Below are positions 29,376-41,724 of a DNA stretch of 64,000 nt, in pieces. Origin of the DNA: Bacillota bacterium (lineage in GTDB: Bacteria > Bacillota > Desulfitobacteriia > Desulfitobacteriales > JAJXUE01); the NCBI GenBank assembly GCA_021783135.1, contig JAJXUE010000007.1, positions 15,136 through 79,135 of the forward strand, written 5' to 3'. Positions within the stretch are counted from its first letter, which is position 1. Each line of letters opens with the position of its first letter. A model generated the notes under the pieces. It saw nothing but the letters and a program-made list of their open reading frames with translations. It made no database searches and was not told where the DNA came from. The position numbers were made by a program, and so were the translations under genes.

Positions 29376-29549
29376 TTATTCTTCAGTTTTATTGCCAGGC
29401 GGAGTGGGACGGGGGAAGGTACGGCGGCGTTGACCCGGTACGCCTGGAGCGATCTCGCCGGGGCGGCCATATTTGGCATAAAGTAATTCCAATTCTTCCT
29501 TCGATAGGCTTGAGGTGACTAATGAGTCACTAGATCCTGCTTTGCTCAT
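29376..29549 (-). CDS. Small hypothetical protein (57 aa), below the ORF-track cutoff
   Basis: ATG at 29549 lies 6 nt downstream of the perfect SD AAGGAGGG. It translates to MSKAGSSDSLVTSSLSKEELELLYAKYGRPGEIAPGVPGQRRRTFPRPTPPGNKTEE. No family was recognised. Confidence 0.45.
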   Translation of the reverse strand: MSKAGSSDSLVTSSLSKEELELLYAKYGRPGEIAPGVPGQRRRTFPRPTPPGNKTEE

Positions 29550-29684
29550 CCGATACCCTCCTTAAGTGGCTTAACCTTTTTATTGTACCCCGAACCAGCC
29601 AATTAATACAGGGTGTTTGAGTATTCACGGACACAAATATTTGCTAAAATGAATGAAGACTGGAGAAAATAAGGGGGCCTAACG

Positions 29685-31913
29685 TTGGAACAAATCGCTC
29701 ATTTGAACCCTAAACAGCAGGAAGCTGCATTACATACGTCAGGACCGCTTTTGATTTTAGCCGGGGCGGGCAGTGGTAAAACCCGAGTGCTCACCTACCG
29801 CATTTCTCACTTGGTTGAGCAAGGCGTAGCTCCGTATCAAATTCTGGCTATTACGTTTACCAATAAAGCCGCCGGAGAGATGAAGGAAAGAGTGGCGCAG
29901 CTCGTAGGCGATGCCGCGCGCGAAATGTGGGTGGCTACCTTTCATTCCGTCTGTGTGCGCATCTTGCGGCGGGAAATAGAAGCCATACCGGGCTATAACC
30001 GCAATTTCGTCATCTATGATAGCGGGGACACCAACACCTTAGTCAAACAATGTCTCAAAGAAGCTAATCTTGACGATAAGAAATTTCCGGTCCGCAATGT
30101 CGGGTCCGTGATTAGTGACGCCAAAAATAAACTACAGGGCCCGGAACAGTTTGCTGCCCTGGCTGGAGATTATTTTCAACAAAAGTGTGCCGAGGTCTAT
30201 AAGCTCTACCAGCAAAAGTTGCAAGCTAACAACGCCTTGGATTTTGATGACTTAATTATGCAAACGGTGCGGCTGTTTGAGCTTGCACCGCATACTTTAG
30301 GTTATTATCAATCGCGTTTTCGCTATATTTTGGTGGACGAGTACCAAGACACCAACCATGCCCAGTATAAGCTGGTTAATATGTTAGCTGAGCGCTACCG
30401 CAATTTGTGTGTAGTGGGGGATGCCGACCAGTCTATTTACGGCTGGCGCGGCGCTGACATCACTAATATTTTAGAGTTTGAACACGATTACCCTGAAGCA
30501 AGGGTAATTAATTTGGAGCAAAACTACCGCTCCACGCAAGCAATCCTTACAGTTGCCAACAAAGTCATCGAGAATAACCCTGGGCGCAAAGCGAAAAATC
30601 TCTGGACCGAAAACAGCGCCGGGCACCCTGTCGTTTACTACACTGCCAACGATGAATATGACGAAGGACGTTTTATCGCCGATCGCATTGGGTTATTGCG
30701 GCGTAAAGAAAACCGCAACTATCGTGATTTTGCGGTATTATATCGTACCAATGCCCAGTCCCGTGCCCTTGAGGATGTGTTTATGCGTGCAGGCATACCC
30801 TATCGCATGTTCGGCGGGCAGAAGTTCTATGAGCGTAAAGAAATTAAGGATATTTTAGCCTACTTGCGGGTTATCCTTAATCCGTCGGACAGTATCAGTT
30901 TAGGTCGAATTATCAATGTACCCAAGCGAGCGATTGGTGATACTTCGTTTAGCAGGGCAGCGGAATATGCCAACGAGCAAGGTATGAGCGTGTTCGAGGT
31001 GCTGACAGATCCTTACCGGGTTACCGGTCTGGGTGCCAGGGCGGCCAAGGCCATGCAGGAATTTAATACTCTAATCAGGCACTGGCAGGAGAGCAAGGAA
31101 CGGTTACATGTTACGAGTTTAGTGGAAGAGGTATTGGCCAAAACGGGTTACTTGGACGAACTGCGCGCCGAAAAAACTCCGGACGCGGAAAGTAGAATTG
31201 AGAACTTACAAGAGTTTTTGTCTGTTACTAAGGAGTATGACGCGACAAGTGAAGACAAGAGCCTGGAAGGTTTCTTGGCGGAGGTATCCTTAGTTACCGA
31301 TTTGGATTCCCTGGATGATGCTGATGATGCCGTGGTCATGATTACGATGCATGGCGCGAAGGGCTTGGAATTTCCGGTCGTTTTTCTGGCCGGAATGGAA
31401 GAAACTATCTTTCCGCACAACCGGGCGTCGTTGGACAACTTGGAGCTGGAGGAAGAGCGACGCATCTGCTATGTGGCCATTACACGGGCGCAAAGCAAGC
31501 TCTATCTCACTAATGCGTCCCGCCGCATGTTGTTTGGCCGCACCCTCTACAACAACCCTTCGCGCTTTATTGACGAGATTCCGGAGGATTTGATTTCACG
31601 CGATGATCCCAGCGACCCGGGTAAGTTAGGCAAAAATGCCGCCCCAATCCGCAAAAAGCCGGCAGAGGACAAAGGGCCTAGTCCCTTGTGGACCAGTTAT
31701 GGCTCCACCCTGCAACCGCCGAAGCCTGTAAACAGCGGACCGGTTTACCTGCTGGGCGATAAAGTTACCCATGCCAAATTCGGCGATGGAGTAATCGTCA
31801 GCGTGAAGGGTGAAGGGTCGGATGCGGAAATTGCCGTAGCCTTTAGTGGCGCCGGTATTCGCAAGCTCATCGCCCAATATGCCAATTTGAAAAAAATTAC
31901 GACGGAGGGTTAA
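29685..31913 (+). CDS. pcrA: ATP-dependent DNA helicase PcrA (UvrD family)
   Basis: 742 aa with SF1 motifs (AGAGSGKTRVL, VDEYQDTN, YRS, MTMHGAKGLEF, YVAITRA) and a C-terminal Tudor-like tail. Confidence 0.92.
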   Translation: MEQIAHLNPKQQEAALHTSGPLLILAGAGSGKTRVLTYRISHLVEQGVAPYQILAITFTNKAAGEMKERVAQLVGDAAREMWVATFHSVCVRILRREIEAIPGYNRNFVIYDSGDTNTLVKQCLKEANLDDKKFPVRNVGSVISDAKNKLQGPEQFAALAGDYFQQKCAEVYKLYQQKLQANNALDFDDLIMQTVRLFELAPHTLGYYQSRFRYILVDEYQDTNHAQYKLVNMLAERYRNLCVVGDADQSIYGWRGADITNILEFEHDYPEARVINLEQNYRSTQAILTVANKVIENNPGRKAKNLWTENSAGHPVVYYTANDEYDEGRFIADRIGLLRRKENRNYRDFAVLYRTNAQSRALEDVFMRAGIPYRMFGGQKFYERKEIKDILAYLRVILNPSDSISLGRIINVPKRAIGDTSFSRAAEYANEQGMSVFEVLTDPYRVTGLGARAAKAMQEFNTLIRHWQESKERLHVTSLVEEVLAKTGYLDELRAEKTPDAESRIENLQEFLSVTKEYDATSEDKSLEGFLAEVSLVTDLDSLDDADDAVVMITMHGAKGLEFPVVFLAGMEETIFPHNRASLDNLELEEERRICYVAITRAQSKLYLTNASRRMLFGRTLYNNPSRFIDEIPEDLISRDDPSDPGKLGKNAAPIRKKPAEDKGPSPLWTSYGSTLQPPKPVNSGPVYLLGDKVTHAKFGDGVIVSVKGEGSDAEIAVAFSGAGIRKLIAQYANLKKITTEG

Positions 31914-31916
31914 CGC

Positions 31917-33548
31917 TTGGATAAACCTGTCTATATTATTGGCCATAAGAACCCGGACACGGATTCGATTTGCGCGGCCCTGGCTTATGCTGCCCTCAAA
32001 CGTGAACTAGGCCACAACGCCATCGCCTGTCGTGCCGGGGAGATAAACCGGGAAACGCAATATGTACTGGATTATTTTAACCAAGCAGCCCCGTTGTTGT
32101 TACCGGATTTGCATACCCGGGTCAAGGACTTACTGCATGATAATAACGCTACGATTACACCGGATGTACCGCTGCGGGAAGCTTGGCTCTTGATGCGAGC
32201 TCAAGGTTCCAAGGCCTTAGCTGTCGTGGATAAAGCCGGGCACCTGTTAGGACTGGTTACCGGGGGTGACTTGGCTGATAAGTATCTAGTCGATTTAGGG
32301 GAACAGGACTTAGATGATTTACACGTCACGGTTGCCAATGTATTGACCACGCTCTCCGGCTGTTTGATAGTCGGCGCGCCCCAAGCTGAGTTAAAAGGTA
32401 AGGTTGTCATCGGCGCCATGCAATCCAAAACCTTGGAACAGTTTTTGGCTCCGAATTGTGTGGTGATTGTGGGTGATCGGGAAGACGGTCAGCTTGCCGC
32501 GCTTGAGGCAGGCGCATCTTGTCTGATTATTACCGGCGGTATGGAAGTTAGCAGTAAAGTGGATGCCCTGGCTAAGGCGCGAGGCACGATTGTGGTCAGT
32601 GTACCTATGGACACCTTCGCTGCGGCACGCTTGATTTTAACCAGTATTCCGGTGGGCAGTATGATGCGTACCACTAATTTGGTCGTATTTCAGGAGGATG
32701 ATTTACTCGACGAGGTACGCAAGGTGATGCTGGAAACTCGCTTTCGTAATTACCCGGTGGTCGATGAACAAAACCGGGTGGTGGGAGGCATAGCGAGATA
32801 TAACCTGCTGGCCGAGAGTAAGCACAAAGTAATCTTGGTGGACCATAATGAGTTTGGTCAGGCGATTGAAGGCATTGATGAAGCGCAAATCCTCGAGGTG
32901 GTTGATCACCACCGCGTCGGTGGCATTCAAACCGGTGAGCCGATTTTATTCCGCAATGAGCCTCTTGGTTCGACTTGTACCTTAATTGCGAAAGCCTATT
33001 TTGAACACGACCTAACGCCAACGGCATCAATAGCAGGAATTATGTGCGCGGCGATTTTATCGGACACGGCCATATTCAAATCCCCGACCAGCACCCAGAC
33101 GGACCGTGCTATCGCCCAACGCCTGGCGGAGCTGGCCGGGATTGACCCGGTGCCCTTTGGTACCGCGATGTTTCAGGCTACCTCTTCCTTAAGCGGGCGC
33201 ACCCCGGCGGAAATTCTGTTGGCGGATTATAAAGAATTTGCCGTGGGTGAGTTGCGCATGGGCGTGGGCCAAATTAACATCATGGGTGCCGATGAGGTAG
33301 CGAAGCTAAAACCCGAGCTGTTGCAGGAGATGGAGCAGCAGCGCCGCAAAGAAGGGGTGGACAGCGTTTTGTTGATGGTCACTGACCTTTTAAGCGAAGC
33401 TACCAATCTGTTGATTGCTGCGCCCGAACCCGCTGAGTTTGCTAAAGTATTTAAGGTAGAGGTAATCGATAATGCCGCATATTTGCCAGGCGTCCTTTCG
33501 CGCAAAAAGCAAATCGTACCGCCGTTGGTCAAGTATTTTAGCGCGTAA
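31917..33548 (+). CDS. ppaC: CBS-domain-containing family II (DHH) inorganic pyrophosphatase
   Basis: N-terminal DHH (GHKNPDTDS; VDHNE; DHHR), an internal CBS pair and DRTGG-like insert, and a C-terminal DHHA2 domain. 543 aa, typical of CBS-PPases. Confidence 0.8.
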   Translation: MDKPVYIIGHKNPDTDSICAALAYAALKRELGHNAIACRAGEINRETQYVLDYFNQAAPLLLPDLHTRVKDLLHDNNATITPDVPLREAWLLMRAQGSKALAVVDKAGHLLGLVTGGDLADKYLVDLGEQDLDDLHVTVANVLTTLSGCLIVGAPQAELKGKVVIGAMQSKTLEQFLAPNCVVIVGDREDGQLAALEAGASCLIITGGMEVSSKVDALAKARGTIVVSVPMDTFAAARLILTSIPVGSMMRTTNLVVFQEDDLLDEVRKVMLETRFRNYPVVDEQNRVVGGIARYNLLAESKHKVILVDHNEFGQAIEGIDEAQILEVVDHHRVGGIQTGEPILFRNEPLGSTCTLIAKAYFEHDLTPTASIAGIMCAAILSDTAIFKSPTSTQTDRAIAQRLAELAGIDPVPFGTAMFQATSSLSGRTPAEILLADYKEFAVGELRMGVGQINIMGADEVAKLKPELLQEMEQQRRKEGVDSVLLMVTDLLSEATNLLIAAPEPAEFAKVFKVEVIDNAAYLPGVLSRKKQIVPPLVKYFSA

Positions 33549-33578
33549 ATCGGCCACAAACAGCGACTCTCGGCTCGC

Positions 33579-34655
33579 TCAGACCAGCGGTCTAAGGGCG
33601 TAGCTAAGTAATTTTAGCGGGTTACGGCGACTGTTAAGGAGGTTTTGCGCTACGTTGGTGCGCAAAAAACTGACGAGCAGGTCCAGCCGGCTGTTATTGA
33701 GCTTTTCCATGGCGCGGCGCAGGACCAGTGAATTGGCATAGCTGCGGTGCAGGGGCTTGGTTAACTCACTATAATTGCCCATGCCGCATAAATCCTGGGC
33801 GGCGTAAACGCCAGTCAAAATAGAGGTAAACTGGCCGAAGCCGAAGGCCGGCATGACGGAGCCAAAACAGTTGCCGACAAAAAACGTATTGCCGATACGC
33901 GGATAAGCACAGGTGCCGATGATATAACGCGATACGCTAAAGCGGTCGCTGACTTTTACGTCCTGCCCGATATTTTCGCTGGCCCGAGCCAAGAACTTTT
34001 CCCATAAGGCGTCTTGGGCTTGTGACTGATTGTGCGGATAATCCGGATAAGCCAACGTAAGGTTGGCCTCATGCTCGGAATAGGGAATGAGAAACCCGTA
34101 CCCTTGGGGAGCCAGGTCGTTATCCAGCCAGATGCTAACGCTGTTACGGGTAAACTTGCCCTCTAGCGTAGCGCCGGTCAGACTGACCGTGAGATCACTG
34201 TGAAAAGTTTGCAGCTTAGCGGTATAGGCTGCATCACCTGTAGCCAGGACGACGTAGTTGAAATCTTGCAGGAGGCGTTCATAGCTAAAGTCGGAATTAA
34301 AGACGATTCTACTTTTAACCTGCCGCACCAGTTGGCTTTCAAACGAGTCATAGTCACGCCCTCTCAGGTTGGTAAAACCGAGGTTGCCGCTAACCACAGC
34401 GCTGTGGTGCGGGGCAAAAAATTTAAGCTGTGTAATGTTGCTGATCGGAGTGAGAAAGATGCTGTGCTTATCGGCCAGATAGGCAATACTATCTTGGACA
34501 GGCCGCTCTTGCAGTGGCAGTAAGGCTTCGGCATTAATAAACCTGTCGCCGACCTGGCTGCGCTTTTCAAATATGACCGGGGCGATACCCTGTTGTTCTA
34601 AAGTGATAGCACAGGCAAGACCGGATAGGCCTGCTCCCATAATCGCTATTTTCAT
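33579..34655 (-). CDS. FAD-dependent oxidoreductase (geranylgeranyl-reductase-like)
   Basis: N-terminal Rossmann motif MKIAIMGAGLSGLACA...FEK. 358 aa. Confidence 0.65.
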   Translation of the reverse strand: MKIAIMGAGLSGLACAITLEQQGIAPVIFEKRSQVGDRFINAEALLPLQERPVQDSIAYLADKHSIFLTPISNITQLKFFAPHHSAVVSGNLGFTNLRGRDYDSFESQLVRQVKSRIVFNSDFSYERLLQDFNYVVLATGDAAYTAKLQTFHSDLTVSLTGATLEGKFTRNSVSIWLDNDLAPQGYGFLIPYSEHEANLTLAYPDYPHNQSQAQDALWEKFLARASENIGQDVKVSDRFSVSRYIIGTCAYPRIGNTFFVGNCFGSVMPAFGFGQFTSILTGVYAAQDLCGMGNYSELTKPLHRSYANSLVLRRAMEKLNNSRLDLLVSFLRTNVAQNLLNSRRNPLKLLSYALRPLV

Positions 34656-34713
34656 CTGCCGCTCCTAAATCCTTTTAATTAGTATGAACGAAATCGCCGG
34701 AACCATGCATTGA

Positions 34714-36783
<2,070 letters not shown>

Positions 36784-36885
36784 AAACGGGCACGACGTGC
36801 CACCGTTACTGCCGACATCGCTTGCCGAAAAGGGCTTATTTTGGTATATTGGACATATGTATGACTCGACAGGGATGGTGAAATT

Positions 36886-37170
36886 ATGAAGATTTCCAAG
36901 GAACAAGTAGAACACGTGGCGATGCTCGCCCGTTTGGAATTGACCGAAGCTGAGCAGGAGATTTATACGGAACAGCTCAACTCCATTCTCGACTACGCGG
37001 CCCTGTTGGACAAGCTGGACACCCAAGGGGTAGAACCAATGGCACATGCTTTGCCGCTGAAGAATGTATTTCGAGATGATGTGGTGCAACCCTCCATCAG
37101 CCAAGCGCGAGCCTTAGCTAATGCACCTGATGCCGAAGAGGGCTTTTTTAAGGTCCCGAAGATTGTCTAG
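36886..37170 (+). CDS. gatC: Asp/Glu-tRNA amidotransferase subunit C
   Basis: 94 aa (MKISKEQVEHVAMLARLELTEAE...) in the canonical position before gatA. Confidence 0.9.
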   Translation: MKISKEQVEHVAMLARLELTEAEQEIYTEQLNSILDYAALLDKLDTQGVEPMAHALPLKNVFRDDVVQPSISQARALANAPDAEEGFFKVPKIV

Positions 37171-37182
37171 GAGGAAGAATTG

Positions 37183-38649
37183 ATGACGCTTACGGAGCTC
37201 ACGGCCCACGAACTGCATGATCGGTTAAGCCGCAAGGAAACCAGCGCAGTGGAGATTGCACGGGCCTTCACCCAGAGAATTGAAGCTGTAGAAGATAGTG
37301 TCCAGGCCTATAACCTATTAACAGGCGAGCGGGCCATGGCACAAGCAGAAGCCATCGACGCCAAGCTTGCGCGCGGTGAGTCGATCGGGGCGTTGGCGGG
37401 GATACCGATGGCCCTGAAGGATAACATGTGCACGGAGGGAATCCCCACGACATGCTCCTCCAAAATGTTGCAAAACTTTGTACCGCCCTATAATGCCACC
37501 GTTGTGGAACGCTTGGCAGAAGCGGGTTCTGTAGTGTTAGGCAAATTAAACATGGATGAATTTGCGATGGGTTCGTCGACGGAAAACTCAGCCTTTAAGC
37601 AAACCTGCAATCCGTGGGATTTAGCTCGCGTGCCGGGCGGCTCGTCCGGCGGCGCAGTAGCGTCAGTGGCTGCGGATGAAGCAGTGTTTTCGTTAGGCTC
37701 AGATACCGGTGGCTCGATTCGTCAACCGGCAGCTTTTTGCGGGGTAGTCGGACTGAAACCCACCTATGGTTATGTGTCGCGCTATGGCTTGATTGCATTT
37801 GCCTCTTCTTTGGACCAAATCGGTCCGATTACCAAAGATGTAACTGATTGTGCGCTGGTTATGAACACTATCGCGGGTCACGACCCGAAGGACTCCACTT
37901 CGGCGCCGGTAGACACCCCCGACTTTACTAAATACCTGGTGAATGACATCAAGGGTTTGCGCGTAGGTATCCCGCAAGAATACTTTGGCTCAGGCCTTGA
38001 ACCGGAAGTTGCGGCGGTAATTAAAGCTGCCATTGCCAAGCTGGAGGAACTTGGTGCGATTGTGGACGAGTGTTCCATGCCGCATACTGAATATGCGATG
38101 CCAACTTATTACTTAATTGCCCCGGCGGAGTGCAGCTCGAACTTAGCCCGTTATGACGGGGTGAGTTACGGCTATCGCACCGAGGGAGCCACAGATATCA
38201 TCAATATGTTTAAAAAGACCCGCTCGGAAGGCTTTGGTCCGGAAGTAAAGCGGCGGATTATGTTAGGTACTTATGCTCTAAGCTCCGGCTATTATGATGC
38301 GTATTACCTGAAAGCACTGAAAGTCAGAACCTTGATCAAACAGGACTTTGACCGCGCCTTTGCCAAGTTTGATGTCTTGCTTTCGCCCACAGCGCCCACT
38401 GCGGCGTTCAAATTTGGCGAAAAATCGGCGAACCCGTTGGCTATGTATATGTCGGATATCTGCACCGTGCCCGCGAATCTGGCCGGAATTCCGGCAATTT
38501 CCGTACCGTGCGGCTTTGCGAACGGCTTACCTGTAGGTATGCACTTAATGGGTAAGGCGTTTGATGAAGGAACCCTGCTGCGGGCGTCCTATACCTTCGA
38601 ACAAAACACCGAACATCATAAAGCTAAACCCAAGCTGGGGGTGAGTTAG
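37183..38649 (+). CDS. gatA: Asp/Glu-tRNA amidotransferase subunit A
   Basis: Amidase signature (GGSSGG..., GSDTGGSIR). ATG follows an AGGAGGAAG SD. Confidence 0.93.
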   Translation: MTLTELTAHELHDRLSRKETSAVEIARAFTQRIEAVEDSVQAYNLLTGERAMAQAEAIDAKLARGESIGALAGIPMALKDNMCTEGIPTTCSSKMLQNFVPPYNATVVERLAEAGSVVLGKLNMDEFAMGSSTENSAFKQTCNPWDLARVPGGSSGGAVASVAADEAVFSLGSDTGGSIRQPAAFCGVVGLKPTYGYVSRYGLIAFASSLDQIGPITKDVTDCALVMNTIAGHDPKDSTSAPVDTPDFTKYLVNDIKGLRVGIPQEYFGSGLEPEVAAVIKAAIAKLEELGAIVDECSMPHTEYAMPTYYLIAPAECSSNLARYDGVSYGYRTEGATDIINMFKKTRSEGFGPEVKRRIMLGTYALSSGYYDAYYLKALKVRTLIKQDFDRAFAKFDVLLSPTAPTAAFKFGEKSANPLAMYMSDICTVPANLAGIPAISVPCGFANGLPVGMHLMGKAFDEGTLLRASYTFEQNTEHHKAKPKLGVS

Positions 38650-40098
38650 ATGCTTGACGATTTTGAAATGGTTGCGGGTGTGGAGGTTCACACCGAATTA
38701 TGGACTAAAACCAAGATTTTCTGCGGGTGTACGACTGAGTTTGGCGGGGAACAAAACACACATGTTTGCCCTGTATGCCTAGGTCTGCCAGGTGTCTTGC
38801 CGGTGTTAAACCGTCAGGTCGTGGAATATGCCATTAAGACCGGTCTGGCCTTAAACAGCGAAATTGCTGAGTTTAGCAAATTTGATCGCAAGAACTACTA
38901 CTATCCGGATTTGCCGAAAAACTTTCAGACTTCGCAGTATGACCTGCCCATCTGTATCGGGGGTCATGTAGAAATCGAAGTTGACGGAGTAAAGAAAAAA
39001 GTCGGCATCACCCGCGCTCATATGGAGGAAGATGCCGGCAAACTGGTCCACAGCGGCGCGACCATTTCCACCTCGGATACTTCCTTTGTGGACTATAACC
39101 GCACCGGAGTGCCCTTGCTGGAGATTGTATCGGAACCGGATTTGCGTTCCATCGATGAAACGGTGGCTTATTTAGAAAAACTGGTGCAGATCCTTGAGTA
39201 TATCGAAGTGTCCGACTGTAAAATGGAACAAGGCTCAGTGCGCTTTGACATCAATGTTTCCTTGCGTCCGATTGGCAGCGATAAGTTGGGTACTAGGACT
39301 GAAACCAAAAACTTAAATTCCTTTAGCTCAGTGCGCCGGTGTCTTGAATATGAGATCGAACGGCAAGCTGAGGTGCTGCGTGAAGGCGGCAAAGTCAGCC
39401 AAGAAACCAGAACGTGGGATGAGGCCAAAGGAATTACACTTTCCCTGCGTTCCAAGGAAGAAGCGCACGATTACCGCTATTTCCCAGAGCCGGATTTGGT
39501 ACCGATGCTGATTGACCGGGAATGGGTGGAAAGAGTGCGGCAGACCCTGCCGGAACTACCGGACGCGCGTAGGCTAAGGCTTATGGGGCTGGGTTTATCC
39601 GACTACGATGCCGGGGTTATTATTAACTCTAAGGCCCTGGCGGAATTTTTCGATGCGGCTTTGGCGCAGTTCAATGATGCCAAAACTCTGGTTAATTGGG
39701 TGACGGGGGACTTCCTAGGCACCTTGAAGGCAAAGGGACTGCCAGTACAACTCTCCCCGGTAAACCCGGAAGGCTTGGCCGAGCTGCTAAACTTGGTAGC
39801 CAAAGGTACGATTAACGGCAAGATTGCGAAAAGTGTGTTGGAGGAAATGTTTGCCACCGGTAAAGGCGCGGCGCAAATTGTGCAAGATAAAGGACTGGTC
39901 CAAATCAGCGATGAAGGCGCAATCGCAGCCATTGTGACCCAAGTCATTGAGGCTAATCCCCAGTCTGTGGCCGACTTTAAAGCCGGCAAAGAAAGAGCCA
40001 TCGGCTTTTTGGTCGGGCAGGTCATGAAAGCAAGCAAAGGGAAGGCCAATCCGGGCCTGGTCAATAAACTGTTGCAGGAGCAATTGGCACAGCTTTAA
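38650..40098 (+). CDS. gatB: Asp/Glu-tRNA amidotransferase subunit B
   Basis: 482 aa (GLEVH..L.T..K.FC.C; the YFPEPDL motif). Start abuts the gatA stop. Confidence 0.93.
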   Translation: MLDDFEMVAGVEVHTELWTKTKIFCGCTTEFGGEQNTHVCPVCLGLPGVLPVLNRQVVEYAIKTGLALNSEIAEFSKFDRKNYYYPDLPKNFQTSQYDLPICIGGHVEIEVDGVKKKVGITRAHMEEDAGKLVHSGATISTSDTSFVDYNRTGVPLLEIVSEPDLRSIDETVAYLEKLVQILEYIEVSDCKMEQGSVRFDINVSLRPIGSDKLGTRTETKNLNSFSSVRRCLEYEIERQAEVLREGGKVSQETRTWDEAKGITLSLRSKEEAHDYRYFPEPDLVPMLIDREWVERVRQTLPELPDARRLRLMGLGLSDYDAGVIINSKALAEFFDAALAQFNDAKTLVNWVTGDFLGTLKAKGLPVQLSPVNPEGLAELLNLVAKGTINGKIAKSVLEEMFATGKGAAQIVQDKGLVQISDEGAIAAIVTQVIEANPQSVADFKAGKERAIGFLVGQVMKASKGKANPGLVNKLLQEQLAQL

Positions 40099-40109
40099 GC
40101 TTGTCGGAA

Positions 40110-40377
40110 GCTGGGGTCGAGTTTACTTTCTACTCCGTTTTGCAAACTACATCGCCTAGCATACTTTTCGGTTCGCTGCCTCACTGCCGCAAACGTAGCC
40201 TTAAATTGGGCGCGAGCAGGCGTGCTCTCGTTCGGGCGCTCACCGAGTATGTTAACGGCGCCTCCGTAATGCTTCTCTGCGCAGAAAGTAAACTCACCCT
40301 TTAGCTAAGCGGCCCCAGCGGAAGATAGTACGAGGAAAAGCGCACGCAGAGGAAATTGATGCGCGCTTTTCTTGTAC
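40110..40377. repeat. Dispersed structured intergenic repeat, copy B: full ~210-nt unit with terminal inverted arms, plus the adjacent 18-bp hairpin (40328-40377)
   Basis: Arms GCTGGGG..GAGTTTACTTTCT (40110-40131) and AGAAAGTAAACTC...CCCCAGC (40283-40319) are complementary. The core 40111-40226 matches 27421-27536. Confidence 0.85.
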
Positions 40378-40544
40378 ACAAAACAGCCTGGACGAATCCC
40401 AAACAACAAGCCTTGGCGTTTAGTTGAAGTTTAATTACAAGTATACAGTATTAACTGCAATGCTTGCTTTTACAGAATAAGGGTTTGTGATAAAATTAAC
40501 TTTACTAATTAAATTCATACTGATAATAGAGGAGGTGGGGGTAC

Positions 40545-41666
40545 GTGTCGAAGCACATAAGTATTGTAGATACAACCCTGCGCGACGGGGAGCAAACTGC
40601 AGGGGTAGTGTTTGCGAATCAAGAAAAACTACGTATTGCCAGACTCTTAGATGAAGTCGGCGTTGACCAGATAGAAGCTGGCATCCCTGTAATGGGTGGC
40701 GATGAACAACAGGTAATTAAAGATATGGTTAAAATGAAGCTGAACGCCAGTATTATGGGCTGGAACAGAGCCGTAATAGCGGACATTCAAGCTTCGATTA
40801 ACTGTGGTGTCGACGCCGTAGCTATCTCAATTTCAACCTCAGATATCCATATTCAACATAAATTAAAGACAACCCGCGAAGATGTGCTGGAACGGATGAT
40901 TAAAGCGACTGAATTCGCCAAAAAAGAGGGCTTGTACGTCTCAACCAATGCGGAGGATGCTTCGCGTTCGGACATGGACTTTTTGGTGCAGTTTGCGACC
41001 GAAGCGAAAAAAGCCGGTGCTAACCGGATTCGTTACTGTGATACGGTAGGTATCCTCGATCCCTTTGTGACGTTTGAGCGGATTCAAACGTTGATTAGCC
41101 GAGCCGGGATTGAGGTGGAGATGCATACCCATAATGATTTTGGCATGGCTACCGCTAATGCTTTTGCCGGAGTTAAAGCAGGTGCCACTCATGTGGGCGT
41201 TACCGTTAACGGCCTAGGTGAACGGGCGGGCAACGCGGCCTTAGAGGAAGTGGTAATGGCCTTAAAGCATCTCGCGGATAATGACTTGAACTTTAAGACG
41301 CCGCGTTTCCGCGAGCTTTCCGAATATGTCTCAATGGCTTCCGGTCGGGTTCTGCCGGCTTGGAAGGCAATTGTCGGGACCAATATGTTTGCGCATGAAT
41401 CCGGCATCCATGCCGATGGGGTACAGAAAAACCCGTTAACCTATGAAGTATTCTCCCCGGAGGACGTGGGGCTGCAGCGGCAGATCGTTATCGGTAAGCA
41501 CTCAGGTACAGCTTCTATCGTAGCAAAATTCAATGATTACGGGCGGGTAATTACCGAGCAAGAGGCCGCAGACCTCCTAGTGCGAGTGAGGACACTTGCG
41601 GTAGAGCTGAAACGCTCGCTGTTTGATAAAGAATTGATATATCTCTATGAGGAACTGGCAAAATAG
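40545..41666 (+). CDS. Homocitrate synthase / 2-isopropylmalate synthase family enzyme; candidate Re-face citrate synthase
   Basis: 373 aa DRE-TIM metallolyase (DTTLRDGEQ, HTHNDFGMA) with no LeuA regulatory domain. GTG start follows a GGAGGTGGGGG SD. An NAD-type isocitrate dehydrogenase lies directly downstream. Confidence 0.6.
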   Translation: MSKHISIVDTTLRDGEQTAGVVFANQEKLRIARLLDEVGVDQIEAGIPVMGGDEQQVIKDMVKMKLNASIMGWNRAVIADIQASINCGVDAVAISISTSDIHIQHKLKTTREDVLERMIKATEFAKKEGLYVSTNAEDASRSDMDFLVQFATEAKKAGANRIRYCDTVGILDPFVTFERIQTLISRAGIEVEMHTHNDFGMATANAFAGVKAGATHVGVTVNGLGERAGNAALEEVVMALKHLADNDLNFKTPRFRELSEYVSMASGRVLPAWKAIVGTNMFAHESGIHADGVQKNPLTYEVFSPEDVGLQRQIVIGKHSGTASIVAKFNDYGRVITEQEAADLLVRVRTLAVELKRSLFDKELIYLYEELAK

Positions 41667-41674
41667 TTACCGAT

Positions 41675-41699
41675 AGAGGGTGGGAAAACCACCCTCTTT
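41675..41699 (+). terminator. Hairpin (attenuator or partial terminator) between the synthase gene and icd
   Basis: 9-bp stem AGAGGGTGG / CCACCCTCT, a 5-nt loop, then TTTG. Confidence 0.5.
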
Positions 41700-41724
41700 G
41701 TATGGAAGTGGAGGAATAAAATAA

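Noticed and set aside
40101-40304. 67-aa plus-strand ORF after gatB, and the 67-aa minus-strand ORF at 27475-27678
   Set aside because: Both lie inside the dispersed structured repeat. The reading frames are not preserved between the two copies and there is no RBS. The sequence is better explained as a non-coding element.
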